Part shown: piece after piece, positions 30,240 to 40,562 of the stretch | Layout of the letters: each line of letters begins with the position of its first letter | How positions within the stretch are numbered: position 1 is the first letter of the stretch | Assembly (NCBI GenBank): GCA_050287265.1 | Contig: JBNKBO010000004.1 | Coordinates: forward strand, 4,631-68,630 | DNA length: 64,000 nt | Source: Sideroxydans sp. | Lineage (GTDB): Bacteria > Pseudomonadota > Gammaproteobacteria > Burkholderiales > Gallionellaceae | Reading direction: 5' to 3' | Position numbers and translations under genes: made by a program | The notes under the pieces: model-generated | What the model saw: the letters and a program-made list of their open reading frames with translations, nothing else | Told to the model about the DNA's origin: nothing | The model's database searches: none

Positions 30240-30369
30240 GTCATTCCCGCGCAGGCGGGAATCCAGGCAATCAAATTATTCTCACGTAGTGAGACAACAC
30301 CACAAACACAGTTTTGTCCGCGATGCGGTAATTGTTTAAGAACTGGATTCCCGCCTGCGCGGGAATGAC
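30240..30369. repeat. REPIN/MITE-like element with perfect 27-bp inverted REP ends
   Basis: GTCATTCCCGCGCAGGCGGGAATCCAG at 30240-30266 and its exact reverse complement at 30343-30369. Confidence 0.85.
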
Positions 30370-30374
30370 AAAGG

Positions 30375-30977
30375 ATGATTATGGATATGGCACTGACGGG
30401 TTATCATTCGTTTGTCGATTTTTCGAATGGCCACCCGGTGACAGATCGCAGCGACGACCTTGCAGCGCTCATGCAACGATCCCTTGACGGGGATACGCAG
30501 GCTTATGCCGGACTGTTGCAGGAAACTGCGCGCCTGTTGCGTCCCTATCTGGCCAAGCGACTTTATGCCGGTTCGGAAGTGGACGATGTATTGCAGGAAG
30601 TGCTGATCTCCATCCACAAGGCACGACACACCTACGATGGCCAACGTCCATATAAACCCTGGGCGTATGCCATTGCCAAATTCCGTTTGCAGGATCATCT
30701 GCGCGCGCACTATGCCGACCATCTGCACAACGCCGAAGATGTGTCCGAACTGGCAGAAATCCTGCCGGACGATGTAACCGAAATCGACTTCAACTACGAA
30801 TCCATAAGTGAGGAAGTCGAAAAACTTCCGGAGAAACAGGCGACCATTCTGCGGCTGATGCATCATGAGGGTTACACCGCCAGGGAAGTCGCCGAAAAGA
30901 TCGGCATGAACGAATCCGCGGTGAAGGTTGCCGCACACCGTGCCTACAAGATTTTGCGTGAAAGGCTGGAACGTTAA
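30375..30977 (+). CDS. ECF sigma factor (SigF/ECF16-like)
   Basis: DDVLQEVLISIHKARHTYD, PWAYAIAK, region 4 (EVAEKIGMNESAVKVAAHRA). The true start may be downstream (for example GTG 30438). Confidence 0.9.
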   Translation: MIMDMALTGYHSFVDFSNGHPVTDRSDDLAALMQRSLDGDTQAYAGLLQETARLLRPYLAKRLYAGSEVDDVLQEVLISIHKARHTYDGQRPYKPWAYAIAKFRLQDHLRAHYADHLHNAEDVSELAEILPDDVTEIDFNYESISEEVEKLPEKQATILRLMHHEGYTAREVAEKIGMNESAVKVAAHRAYKILRERLER

Positions 30978-30978
30978 A

Positions 30979-31614
30979 ATGGACAATATCGAACAACTGA
31001 TCGCAGGACTGAGCAAAGACGCGCAACCGGTCAAGCCCGCGCCGCATCCATACATGCTTAGCCTGCAATGGATTGGCGCTGCCGCGATCTACCTGATCGT
31101 GTCACTTGCGCTCAGCGGCTTGCGTCCGGATTGGCAAGCAAGCATCCATAACCCGTGGTTCATCGCCGAGGTCGCCGCCCTGCTCGCGCTTTTCATCGTC
31201 ACTGCGCTCAGTGCCGCACTGCTGGCCTTCCCCGACCTGCACCAGAAACGCCTGCTGGCCTTTGCGCCGGCAGCCCCTGCCGCACTGTTCCTGGCCGTGC
31301 TCTTTTTCGCATGGCGCGCCGACAGTCCTCCTGCTCCCTTGCCTGTTCACAGCATCGAATGCACATGCAGCATATTGCTGACGATGTTGTTGCCGGCGCT
31401 GTGGACGTTCTATTCCCTGCGCAGATACGCCAGCACGCACTATCGTCTGGCAGGCAGCATTGCACTGCTCTCCGCATTCAGCGTAGGCGCATTGTGGCTG
31501 CGGCTGCACGAAACGAACGACTCCATCGCTCATGTAGTTGAATGGCATTACCTGCCCATGATCGCAGTCGGGCTGTTAGGCCTGTGGCTAGGAAGACTGC
31601 TGCTGAAGTGGTGA
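30979..31614 (+). CDS. nrsF: NrsF / DUF1109 membrane anti-sigma factor
   Basis: LIAGLSKDAQPV N-terminus, about six TM helices, Cys residues (ECTC), WHYLP. Directly follows the sigma gene. Confidence 0.85.
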   Translation: MDNIEQLIAGLSKDAQPVKPAPHPYMLSLQWIGAAAIYLIVSLALSGLRPDWQASIHNPWFIAEVAALLALFIVTALSAALLAFPDLHQKRLLAFAPAAPAALFLAVLFFAWRADSPPAPLPVHSIECTCSILLTMLLPALWTFYSLRRYASTHYRLAGSIALLSAFSVGALWLRLHETNDSIAHVVEWHYLPMIAVGLLGLWLGRLLLKW

Positions 31615-31733
31615 AATGCGTATCGTGGACATGAAAATCCTGTTGCTGCGCGTCCTTTGATAATAGAATCGTACGCATCACAGTCCCGGCACTGTCCTCC
31701 GCGCAGTAACCCTGCCGCATCAGGTCACAGGAA

Positions 31734-32429
31734 ATGGATATTCACTTGCCAAATTTTTTATTCAACGATCTCACCAGCTTTGTGATTAGCATCTCGCTTA
31801 TCATCGGCTATCACTACTTTCTCCGCCGCAAGATCAAGAAAGACCCGACCTATACCGTGCAGGCAGTCAACAGGATCGCCAGGAAAGCATGGGTCGAAAA
31901 TATCATGAGCGACGAAAAGAATGGCTTGCTGGGTGTGCAGACCTTGCGCAATTCGATCATGTCAGCCACTTTTCTTGCTTCCACTTCAGTGCTGCTGATC
32001 ATGGGCGTGCTCACGCTGAGCGAACAGGAACAGAAGATCGAGGCGACCTGGCATGCACTCAATCTGATGGGTTCGACCCATCCGGCACTGTGGATGATAA
32101 AGCTGATCCTGATGCTGCTCGACCTGCTTGTCGCGTTCTTCAGTTTTGTCATGGCCATTCGCATCTACAACCATGTCGGCTTCCAGCTCAATGTCCCGGT
32201 GCGCCTGGGCCACAAGATGATCACACCCGAACATGTGGCGACCCACCTGAACCGCGCCGGACATTTTTACAGCATGGGAACACGTTCCTACTATTACATG
32301 GTGCCGCTGGTGTTCTGGCTGTTCGGCCCGCATTTCATGCTGGCCGCCACGCTGGGGTTGCTCGTTTCACTGTACCGTATCGACCGCTCGCCAAAGATCG
32401 TACCCCTGGAATACGACGACGTTGACTGA
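31734..32429 (+). CDS. DUF599 family membrane protein
   Basis: RKAWV, VQTLRNSIMSATFLAST, FSFVMAIR, RSYYY, LVFWLFGP. Confidence 0.85.
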   Translation: MDIHLPNFLFNDLTSFVISISLIIGYHYFLRRKIKKDPTYTVQAVNRIARKAWVENIMSDEKNGLLGVQTLRNSIMSATFLASTSVLLIMGVLTLSEQEQKIEATWHALNLMGSTHPALWMIKLILMLLDLLVAFFSFVMAIRIYNHVGFQLNVPVRLGHKMITPEHVATHLNRAGHFYSMGTRSYYYMVPLVFWLFGPHFMLAATLGLLVSLYRIDRSPKIVPLEYDDVD

Positions 32430-32458
32430 ATTAACCGTGTCGGCAACGAGGATGTTCT

Positions 32459-32746
32459 TCACCTGATCCTGAAACCGGCGTATTCGCCTTCGCCCGGCGA
32501 AGCATCCACCCGCTCCACATGCGCCATCTGCGGCCCACGCTGAGCCCAGCGCACGATGGCATCCACCGCAGCAGGATCACCCTGCACCATCGCCTCCACC
32601 GTTCTGTCGCTGCAATTCCGCACCCAGCCGGAAATCGCCAGACTCTGCGCCTCGCGCAGCATCGACTGGCGAAAGAACACACCCTGCACACGGCCATGGA
32701 CCACAAGATGTAATGTTTTTTTGACGGGAGATTCCGGAACAGACAT
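32459..32746 (-). CDS. acyP: Acylphosphatase
   Basis: HGRVQGVFFR, GWVRN, RGP. Confidence 0.92.
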   Translation of the reverse strand: MSVPESPVKKTLHLVVHGRVQGVFFRQSMLREAQSLAISGWVRNCSDRTVEAMVQGDPAAVDAIVRWAQRGPQMAHVERVDASPGEGEYAGFRIR

Positions 32747-32994
32747 TTTGATTTTCCTGCAACAATTCGCTTGATGAACAAAGCGGAATACGGAAAGTAC
32801 AGCAACCTTCGCACAATGCTATCAGCCGGACGCCGGAATGCAAGCTGCCGGATCGGTCAAGTATTTCCCGCATAAAAACAGCCGACGGCGGCACAAAATT
32901 CCTGAAATCTTCCGCAAGGTGTGTTCAAGACCGGCAGTTTTGCATAAACTGTCGCCCGGAAACTTTTTCAAATAATATTAATTAGGAGTTCCTC

Positions 32995-33210
32995 ATGAAA
33001 CCCAATGTCGGTGGATTCGACCGTCTCGCCCGTCTTGTAGTTGGCCTCGTACTTCTGTTCATATGGGTGATCGCGCCGCCTGCCAATGGCTTGTTGCAAG
33101 TTGCACTGCTGATTGTGCTCGCCATCCTGTTGTTCACGGCGTTCATAAAATACTGCCCGCTCAACGCGGCGCTTGGCATCGACACCAACAAACCCAAAGA
33201 AAATAAGTAA
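32995..33210 (+). CDS. DUF2892 / YgaP-like membrane protein
   Basis: NVGGFDRLAR, two TM helices, YCPLNAALGIDT. Confidence 0.88.
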   Translation: MKPNVGGFDRLARLVVGLVLLFIWVIAPPANGLLQVALLIVLAILLFTAFIKYCPLNAALGIDTNKPKENK

Positions 33211-33412
33211 CGCAGTCGCGGCTGATACATCAACAAATGCAAACAGAATGCGGAGATTATTCCTGAGCAATGGTCTCCGCATTCGTTCAAGCCTTTGCTT
33301 CGACCAATTATTCAGCCAGTTACATACTGCATGCCGCAACCTGCCCCACTCTCCGGTAAAATGCGCACCCAGCAACCACCCGGATACGGACAGATCAACA
33401 GAAATTTGAATA

Positions 33413-35371
33413 ATGGCCACCTATAACGAAGCTAGTTTCAAAGTCCTGCGCGGACTCGAACCGGTGCGGCAACGCCCCGGCATGTATACCAATCTCGAAT
33501 CGCCCAACCACATCATCGCCGAAGTCGTCGACAACGCATGCGATGAAGCGCTCGCGGGCTACGCAAAAAATATCTTTGTCACAGTGCACACCGACGGCTC
33601 GGTGTCGGTCCTGGACGACGGACGCGGCATTCCGGTCGGCATACACAAGGAAGAAGGCCGGTCGGTTGTTGAGGTCGCCTTCACCATCCTGCACGCGGGC
33701 GGCAAGTTCGACAAGGACAAGGGCGGCGCCTACCAGTTTGCGGGCGGCCTGCATGGCGTCGGCGTGGCGGTCACCAATGCGCTGTCGAAAAAAGTCGAAG
33801 TCACGGTGTATCGCGACGGCGCCAAGTACGACATCCGTTTCGTGAACGGCGTCGCGGAAAAGCCGCTGAAAAAAACCGGCACCTGCCCCAAAAACCAGAG
33901 CGGCACAGCCGTGCGCGCCTGGCCCAATCCGAAATATTTCGACAGTCCCGGCATCAATCTCGCACAGTTCGAACATTCGCTGCGCTCGAAAGCGGTGCTG
34001 CTGCCCGGTGTCACCATCACGCTCTTGCTGGAAAAAACCGGCGAAACCAAATCGTGGGTCTACCCCGACGGCTTGCGCGGCTACCTGGCCGAGGCATTGG
34101 CCGAATTCGAACTGGCCACCCCCATCCTGTTGCAGGAAAAATTCACGCGCAAGGATGACAACAACGGCTTTGCCGAAGGCGAAGGCGCGACCTGGGCCCT
34201 GACCTGGTCCACCGAAGGCAATGTGGTGCGCGAATCCTATGTCAACCTCATCCCCACGCCCTCCGGCGGCACGCATGAATCCGGCCTGCGCGAAGGCGTG
34301 TTCAACTCGGTGAAATCGTTTGCCGATATCCACGGCCTGTTGCCGAAAGGCGTGAAGCTGGTGTCGGAAGACGTATTTTCCAGATTGAGCTTCGTGCTCT
34401 CGTCCAAAGTGCTGGATCCGCAATTCCAGGGGCAGACCAAGGAAAAGCTGGTGTCGCGCGAAGCGCTGCGCCTGGTCTCCTCCATGATCAAGGATCCGCT
34501 CGACCTGTGGCTGAACGAACACATCGACGCGGCCAAAAAAATCGTCGAACTCGCGATCCAGCAGGCGCAGGCGCGTTTGCGCTCGGCACAGAAAGTAGAA
34601 AAGAAAAAAGGCACCAGCGTCGCCGTCCTGCCGGGCAAGCTCACCGATTGCAGTTCCAGCGATGCCAGCCGCACCGAACTGTTCCTGGTCGAAGGCGACT
34701 CGGCGGGCGGCTCGGCCAAGCAGGGACGCGACAAGGAATTCCAGGCCGTGCTGCCCCTGCGCGGCAAAGTGCTGAACACATTCGAAGTGGAAAAAGACCG
34801 CCTGTTCGCCAACAACGAAATACACGACATCGCCGTCGCCATCGGTATCGATCCGCATGCGCCAAGCGACGACATCGACCTCTCGGCTTTGCGCTACAAC
34901 GCCATCCTGATCATGGCCGATGCCGATGTGGACGGCGCACACATCTCCACGTTGCTGCTCACGCTGTTCTATCGGCATTTCTACCGCGTGGTCGAAGCAG
35001 GCAAGGTTTACATCGCACAGCCGCCGCTGTTCCGCGTCGACGCACCCGCACATGGCAAAAAACCCGCGAGTAAAATCTATGCGCTGAATGAAGCTGAACT
35101 GAATGCCATCCAGGACCGCTTGCGCAAGGAAAAAGTACGCGAAGGCAGCTGGTCGGTCTCGCGCTTCAAAGGCTTGGGCGAGATGAGCCCCGAGCAATTG
35201 TGGGATACCACACTGAACCCCGACACGCGCCGCGCGTTGTGCGTCAAGGCGGATGCCGCCTCGTACAAAAAGACAATGGCGATCTTCAACATGCTCATGG
35301 GCAAGCAGGAGGCTGCAACGCGCAGGGCATGGCTGGAGTATCACGGGAATGAGGTTGAGGTGGACATATAG
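33413..35371 (+). CDS. parE: DNA topoisomerase IV subunit B
   Basis: EPVRQRPGMY, LHAGGKF, EGDSAGGSAKQ, PLRGK, DADVDG, RFKGLGEM. Confidence 0.96.
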   Translation: MATYNEASFKVLRGLEPVRQRPGMYTNLESPNHIIAEVVDNACDEALAGYAKNIFVTVHTDGSVSVLDDGRGIPVGIHKEEGRSVVEVAFTILHAGGKFDKDKGGAYQFAGGLHGVGVAVTNALSKKVEVTVYRDGAKYDIRFVNGVAEKPLKKTGTCPKNQSGTAVRAWPNPKYFDSPGINLAQFEHSLRSKAVLLPGVTITLLLEKTGETKSWVYPDGLRGYLAEALAEFELATPILLQEKFTRKDDNNGFAEGEGATWALTWSTEGNVVRESYVNLIPTPSGGTHESGLREGVFNSVKSFADIHGLLPKGVKLVSEDVFSRLSFVLSSKVLDPQFQGQTKEKLVSREALRLVSSMIKDPLDLWLNEHIDAAKKIVELAIQQAQARLRSAQKVEKKKGTSVAVLPGKLTDCSSSDASRTELFLVEGDSAGGSAKQGRDKEFQAVLPLRGKVLNTFEVEKDRLFANNEIHDIAVAIGIDPHAPSDDIDLSALRYNAILIMADADVDGAHISTLLLTLFYRHFYRVVEAGKVYIAQPPLFRVDAPAHGKKPASKIYALNEAELNAIQDRLRKEKVREGSWSVSRFKGLGEMSPEQLWDTTLNPDTRRALCVKADAASYKKTMAIFNMLMGKQEAATRRAWLEYHGNEVEVDI

Positions 35372-35386
35372 AACATGCAACACCTT

Positions 35387-35492
35387 CCCCTCCCCCATGC
35401 AGGGGGAGGGTTAGGGTGGGGGTAGAAACTAGAGGGTGCGCTTAACTTGGCTTCTACCCCCATCCCAGCCTTCCCCCTGCAAGGGGGAAGGA
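35387..35492. repeat. REP-like inverted doublet between parE and parC
   Basis: CCCCTCCCCCATGCAGGGGGAGGGTTAGGGTGGGGGTAG and an inverted CTACCCCCATCCCAGCCTTCCCCCTGCAAGGGGGAAGG. Same family as 26961-27065. Confidence 0.75.
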
Positions 35493-35537
35493 GTTGAAGA
35501 CAGCGAAGCGAACATCAATTAACGACAAGAACACAGC

Positions 35538-37898
35538 ATGGCAACGAAAAAAAAGGCACCACCCAAAGAAGAAAAACAAACAAAACCATCCGCCCCCTCC
35601 GGCGGCAAGTCGAAATTCGCCCCGCTCGCCAAGCTCCCCGACAACGATGAAGTCCTCATCGCCAACTACGCGGAACGCGCCTATCTTGAATACGCCGTCT
35701 CCGTCGTCAAGGGCCGTGCACTGCCGGAAGTGTGCGACGGACAAAAGCCCGTGCAGCGCCGCATTCTCTACGCAATGCGCCAGATGGGACTCACGCATGG
35801 CAACAAGCATGTAAAGTCGGCGCGCGTGGTGGGCGATGTGCTGGGTAAATACCATCCGCACGGCGACTCTTCCGCGTATGAGGCGATGGTGCGGCTGGCG
35901 CAGGATTTTTCGATGCGTTATCCGCTGGTGGATGGACAGGGCAACTTCGGCAGCCGCGACGGCGACAACGCGGCAGCGATGCGCTACACCGAGGCGCGGC
36001 TCACGCCGATTGCCGATCTGCTGCTGTCCGAGCTGGACATGGGCACGGTGGATTTCATCCCCAACTACGACGGCGCATTCAATGAACCGGCAATGCTGCC
36101 CGCACGCCTGCCCATGGTGCTGCTGAATGGCGCATCGGGTATTGCCGTGGGCATGGCAACCGAAATTCCTTCGCATAACCTGAAAGAAGTTTCCAAGGCC
36201 GCCGTCGCACTCGCGAAGAACCCCGACGTCAAGGACAGCAGGCTGTTGTCTTTTATCAGCGGCCCGGACTTCCCCGGCGGCGGACAGATCATCTCTTCCG
36301 AAGCCGACATCCGCGAAGCCTACACCACCGGCCGCGGCTCGCTGAAAATGCGCGCACGCTGGACCGTCGAGCAACTCGCACGCGGCCAGTGGCAAGTGGT
36401 GATAAACGAATTCCCGCATGGCGTCTCGGCGCAGAAAGTGCTGGAGGAGATCGGCGAATTGACCAACCCCAAGGTCAAGGCAAACAAAAAATCGCTGACC
36501 GCAGAACAGACACAGAACAAGCAGCTCATTCTCTCGGTGCTGGATACGGTGGCCGACGAATCGGACAAGACCAGCAAGGTGCGCCTCGTGCTGCAGCCCA
36601 AGTCGTCACGGCAGGACCCGGACGAAATGATGGCCGTGCTGCTCACCCACACCAGCCTGCAGAACTCGGTGTCGGTCAACCTCACCATGATCGGCCTCGA
36701 CGGGCGCCCGCAACAGAAATCGCTGGCGCAGGTGCTGCGCGAATGGGTGGAGTTCCGCCTGCGCACCGTCACACGCCGCTGCCAGCATCGCCTCGACCAG
36801 GTCAACGACCGCCTGCACATCCTTGCCGGACGCATGGTGGTGTACCTGAACGTGGACGAAGTCATCAAGGTCATCCGCAATTCCGATGCGCCCAAGGAAG
36901 ACCTGATGAAGAAGTTCAAGCTGTCGGAACGCCAAGCCGAGGACATCCTGGAAATCCGCCTGCGTCAGTTGGCGCGCCTGGAAGGCATCAAGATCGAAAA
37001 AGAGATCAAGGAGCTGAAGACCGAAGCCAAGGAACTGAAACGCGTACTCGGCAGCGAAAGTGCACTGCGCGAACTGGTGGTAAGCGAGATCGAAGCCGAC
37101 ACCAAAAAGTTCGGCGACGAACGCCGCACATTGATCGAAGAAGCGCAGATCACCAAGGTGGTCGCGCAAGTGAGCGACGAACCCGTGACCGTGTATATTT
37201 CGCAACGCTTCTGGGTGCGCACGCGCCAGGGCCACGGTGTCGATGCGAGCAGCATCGCCTTCAAGGACGGCGACAGCATCGCCGCCACTTATGAAGTACG
37301 CACCACCGACAACGTCATCGTCATCTGCAGCAATGGCCGCGTGTGCAGCATCCCCGTCTCATCGTTGCCCTCAGGCCGCGGCGACGGCGCGCCGCTCGCC
37401 ACCTTTATCGAGATTGCGCCGGGCGCGAAGATCGCCCAGGCAGTCTGTGGCAACAACGAAACACCTGTGCTCATCTCCACCAGTGCAGGCTACGGCTTCC
37501 CCTGCTTCATCGGCGACATGGTGGGCCGCATCAAGGCAGGCAAACAATTCGTCAACGTAAAGGGAGAAAACATCCTGCCGCCCGCGATCCTGTCGCCGCA
37601 GGAAAATTCGATGGTCGCCGCACTGACCGCAAACAAGCGCCTGCTGGTGTTCATGCTCTCGGAACTCAAACTGCTGCAAGGCGGCGGCAAGGGCCTGATG
37701 CTGATCGATGTCAAGAAAGACGACGAATTAGTGGCCTGCAAGGTAGTGAACGAACCCGCGCTCACGCTGAGCGGCATGGCGGGCAGCAAGGCAAAGCAAC
37801 TGGTGCTGGAAGGTGAAAAACTTCAACGCCACTTCAGTGCGAGAGCGAAGACAGGAAGGGTGGTGGAGACGAAGTTGAAGGGGTTGAAGCTTGAATAA
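35538..37898 (+). CDS. parC: DNA topoisomerase IV subunit A
   Basis: [40 protein letters not shown]-terminal pinwheel repeats. Confidence 0.96.
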   Translation: MATKKKAPPKEEKQTKPSAPSGGKSKFAPLAKLPDNDEVLIANYAERAYLEYAVSVVKGRALPEVCDGQKPVQRRILYAMRQMGLTHGNKHVKSARVVGDVLGKYHPHGDSSAYEAMVRLAQDFSMRYPLVDGQGNFGSRDGDNAAAMRYTEARLTPIADLLLSELDMGTVDFIPNYDGAFNEPAMLPARLPMVLLNGASGIAVGMATEIPSHNLKEVSKAAVALAKNPDVKDSRLLSFISGPDFPGGGQIISSEADIREAYTTGRGSLKMRARWTVEQLARGQWQVVINEFPHGVSAQKVLEEIGELTNPKVKANKKSLTAEQTQNKQLILSVLDTVADESDKTSKVRLVLQPKSSRQDPDEMMAVLLTHTSLQNSVSVNLTMIGLDGRPQQKSLAQVLREWVEFRLRTVTRRCQHRLDQVNDRLHILAGRMVVYLNVDEVIKVIRNSDAPKEDLMKKFKLSERQAEDILEIRLRQLARLEGIKIEKEIKELKTEAKELKRVLGSESALRELVVSEIEADTKKFGDERRTLIEEAQITKVVAQVSDEPVTVYISQRFWVRTRQGHGVDASSIAFKDGDSIAATYEVRTTDNVIVICSNGRVCSIPVSSLPSGRGDGAPLATFIEIAPGAKIAQAVCGNNETPVLISTSAGYGFPCFIGDMVGRIKAGKQFVNVKGENILPPAILSPQENSMVAALTANKRLLVFMLSELKLLQGGGKGLMLIDVKKDDELVACKVVNEPALTLSGMAGSKAKQLVLEGEKLQRHFSARAKTGRVVETKLKGLKLE

Positions 37899-37927
37899 TC
37901 AATAAAATTCAGTTCCGGCACATTTTG

Positions 37928-38767
37928 TTAGCGTTTGCGCTGGATATCTGCACTGACTTTAATGGCTAGTCGCCCCTCATGTGTAAGCGCAGTGTTTCCA
38001 CCAGCAGAACTAACGAGGTTCTTGTTTTGAAGTTCCTTAAGTCCAATTTTTCCTGAAATAATATCTTCAGGAATTACTTCACGTAATAACTTACTATTGT
38101 TAACCAAATTGACGCCTTTATTTTCATATTCGCCAAGAGCGTGGAGCATTTTCAATTCAATACTGGAAAGCTCTAACGGAATATCTGGTACGATTGGACT
38201 ACCCGTTAAATGTTGCATTCCTTCACTTAGCGGAAGAATGTTTTTTGATTCCGCCAAATCCTGTTCTAGTTTATCAATTTTGGATTTAGACAAGGCCAAC
38301 TCTTCCAACAATTCCCTGTTTCGGTTTGTTAACTCGGTATTGGCGCTCGAAGACAATCTTAATTCCTGCTGCATCCGAGACAATTCTTGAATTGAAGTCT
38401 TTCTTAATTCCTTCGCCTCATCTTGAGTCAACGGCGTCTCATCTTCGATTTGTTGCTGAATCTTTTTTATCTTTATATGCTGCCAATGCCAATAGTGATA
38501 TGCCCACTTAGCTGGAAAAGGATATAACAATATAAACAATGCAGAAGTCGCTAGAGGAAAAATCAATCCATACAAGTACGGCACATAAGCTCCAGAATAA
38601 AACGCATCCCAGCGCACAAGTTTTTCATCTAACGTAAGGTTCGAGAAAAATATTGCAATAGGTCGAAAATTCCAAGCTATCCAGGAAATAATGAATGCAC
38701 CCGTCAGAGGACTTCTCGCCCTTTCGTAGAGCTGCGCTTTTATATCTTTCGTAAGGTCATTAAACAT
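37928..38767 (-). CDS. AT-rich hypothetical protein: two TM segments, a coiled coil and a possible C-terminal winged helix
   Basis: SPLTGAFIISWIAWNF TM segment, Q/E/K/L heptads, long open frame with AT-rich codons. Start set at ATG 38767. Confidence 0.7.
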   Translation of the reverse strand: MFNDLTKDIKAQLYERARSPLTGAFIISWIAWNFRPIAIFFSNLTLDEKLVRWDAFYSGAYVPYLYGLIFPLATSALFILLYPFPAKWAYHYWHWQHIKIKKIQQQIEDETPLTQDEAKELRKTSIQELSRMQQELRLSSSANTELTNRNRELLEELALSKSKIDKLEQDLAESKNILPLSEGMQHLTGSPIVPDIPLELSSIELKMLHALGEYENKGVNLVNNSKLLREVIPEDIISGKIGLKELQNKNLVSSAGGNTALTHEGRLAIKVSADIQRKR

Positions 38768-38900
38768 TTTTTCTCGCACAATCAAAGAATTTCTTTCTAC
38801 ACCGCTAATAGGCTAGATCGAACTATAGGGGGCAGCATCGATATAAATGCCGACACCAACCCCGTCAACTAATAACAAAAAGTCCAGAAACCAATCTGGT

Positions 38901-40376
38901 TCAAAGGACGCGAGTCTCCACACTCAATGAAGAATTATTGCGCAAAACATGTTGAAGAATGTTTGCCCCAAGCATATATGCATACAAGCTACTTGGCATA
39001 AATTCAAAATTTATGCCTCTATAAGTTATGTTGTCTGAAATTGTTTTTGTAGTAACGAGAACACGACTGCTAGCAGAAAAATTGTTCATACTAAACTCAA
39101 CACAATTATCCAGCTCACCATTTTTTGAAACAACACGATCAGACCATTTCACCTCTACAATCCAATTGGGTTTTTGAGTTTTATCATTTATACAAACAAT
39201 ATCTACTTCACCAGTTGCCCAGCGTGCATAATATAAACTGTTTATACTTAAGCTATGAAGCCACTGGCTATATATGGCCGTTTCAACCAAGTGCCCAATG
39301 GCAACATCATCTTCTGCAATATGTCCGAAGAGTGCAGCGCGCATTGATGGATTTGTGAGATATACCTTAAATGAAGTAGCCCTTTTAAAATGCTTAGCAT
39401 TATTATCGACTCTATTCACGCGCCTAATTAAAAAAGCAGCTTCAAGATATTCCAAGTAGCGTTTAATGGTATTTTTTGCGACCCCTGCTGACTTGGAAAG
39501 TCCTTCTAAAGTAATTTCATTCCCTGTGTTGTAGGCTAACGTAGTAAATAGTCGATTCAACTCTTGAATATCGCTAATACCATACAAGCTTGGCAAGTCG
39601 CGCAAAAGAACCTTGTCTATTATGTCGCTTTTTATGTATCGACCCGGATCTTGCTGGATTATCTTTGACATAACTGCTTCAGGGTAACCCCCAAAATTTA
39701 AATAATTACAAAATTCCTTGTTTAGTTCTTGAATATCAGTCGTCTTATATTTATTTTTTATTCCATTCTTAGTTTCAATCTCTGAAGTCTCAATTAGCTC
39801 ATCCTTCCGCTTAATAAAAAATATGTATTCTGAAAAAGTCAGTGGCGGAAGAATAAAGTCCGTGAATCGACCGGCACCAGATTCCTGACTTTTGAGTTTT
39901 AGTGCTGCTGCTGCAGAGCCAGTAACTACAAACTGATAGGATGGATAAGAGTCAACCAGTGATTTAAGGTGTTTTTCCCAATCGCGCAGATATTGCACTT
40001 CATCGAAAAAAATATAGAGGCGGTCTTCTTTTTTATGTCCGAAGCGTTTCTGAAACATCCCCAACATTTTTTCTAATGCAATATCGCTATATAGAGGCGT
40101 TTCTAATGATATATAAAAGATAGACTCACCTGACACGCCAGAATCCAAGAGTTTCTGAATCGCGTGAAAGGCCATGACAGTTTTTCCAACTCTGCGCGGT
40201 CCCATAACTACTATAGCCCGATTAACAGATATATCTTGAATCAGTGAAATCAAGTGTTTGAAATAGAATCGACGGGGCAACTCTGCAAAACGTTCTTCAA
40301 TTCCTACCCCTTCTGCCCACCAAGGATTATCAAATTCAAATCGCCCAATTATTTCGTCACTTGAGATGGTTAACAT
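38901..40376 (-). CDS. AAA_14 / DUF4143-type ATP-binding protein with a C-terminal PD-(D/E)xK-like motif
   Basis: Walker A GPRRVGKT, Walker B FFDEVQ, VTGS, GGYPE, GEVDIV...VEVKW. Confidence 0.85.
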   Translation of the reverse strand: MLTISSDEIIGRFEFDNPWWAEGVGIEERFAELPRRFYFKHLISLIQDISVNRAIVVMGPRRVGKTVMAFHAIQKLLDSGVSGESIFYISLETPLYSDIALEKMLGMFQKRFGHKKEDRLYIFFDEVQYLRDWEKHLKSLVDSYPSYQFVVTGSAAAALKLKSQESGAGRFTDFILPPLTFSEYIFFIKRKDELIETSEIETKNGIKNKYKTTDIQELNKEFCNYLNFGGYPEAVMSKIIQQDPGRYIKSDIIDKVLLRDLPSLYGISDIQELNRLFTTLAYNTGNEITLEGLSKSAGVAKNTIKRYLEYLEAAFLIRRVNRVDNNAKHFKRATSFKVYLTNPSMRAALFGHIAEDDVAIGHLVETAIYSQWLHSLSINSLYYARWATGEVDIVCINDKTQKPNWIVEVKWSDRVVSKNGELDNCVEFSMNNFSASSRVLVTTKTISDNITYRGINFEFMPSSLYAYMLGANILQHVLRNNSSLSVETRVL

Positions 40377-40411
40377 ATAACCCTTTCAAAACAATATATT
40401 GACAACTAAGA

Positions 40412-40466
40412 TCAGTTGATTGATTTTAATAATATCATAGTTTTTTAATTAAGATCAATCAACTGA
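40412..40466. promoter_or_regulatory. Long AT-rich inverted repeat upstream of the AAA ATPase gene
   Basis: TCAGTTGATTGAT / ATCAATCAACTGA perfect 13-bp arms, extendable to 19 bp with one G-T pair. Confidence 0.5.
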
Positions 40467-40562
40467 CTCTAATCAATAGGGCAGTAACACAGGCTTTAAT
40501 TCAAAGAGTTAGCTAAAGCGCGTTACATCGTTACATGCGTTACATGGGGACGGAGTCGAGGG

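Noticed and set aside
33395-35398. 667-aa minus-strand ORF, and similar long antisense ORFs over aceE, aceF, pilTU and parC
   Set aside because: Antisense frames of highly conserved GC-rich genes; expected codon-bias artefacts.
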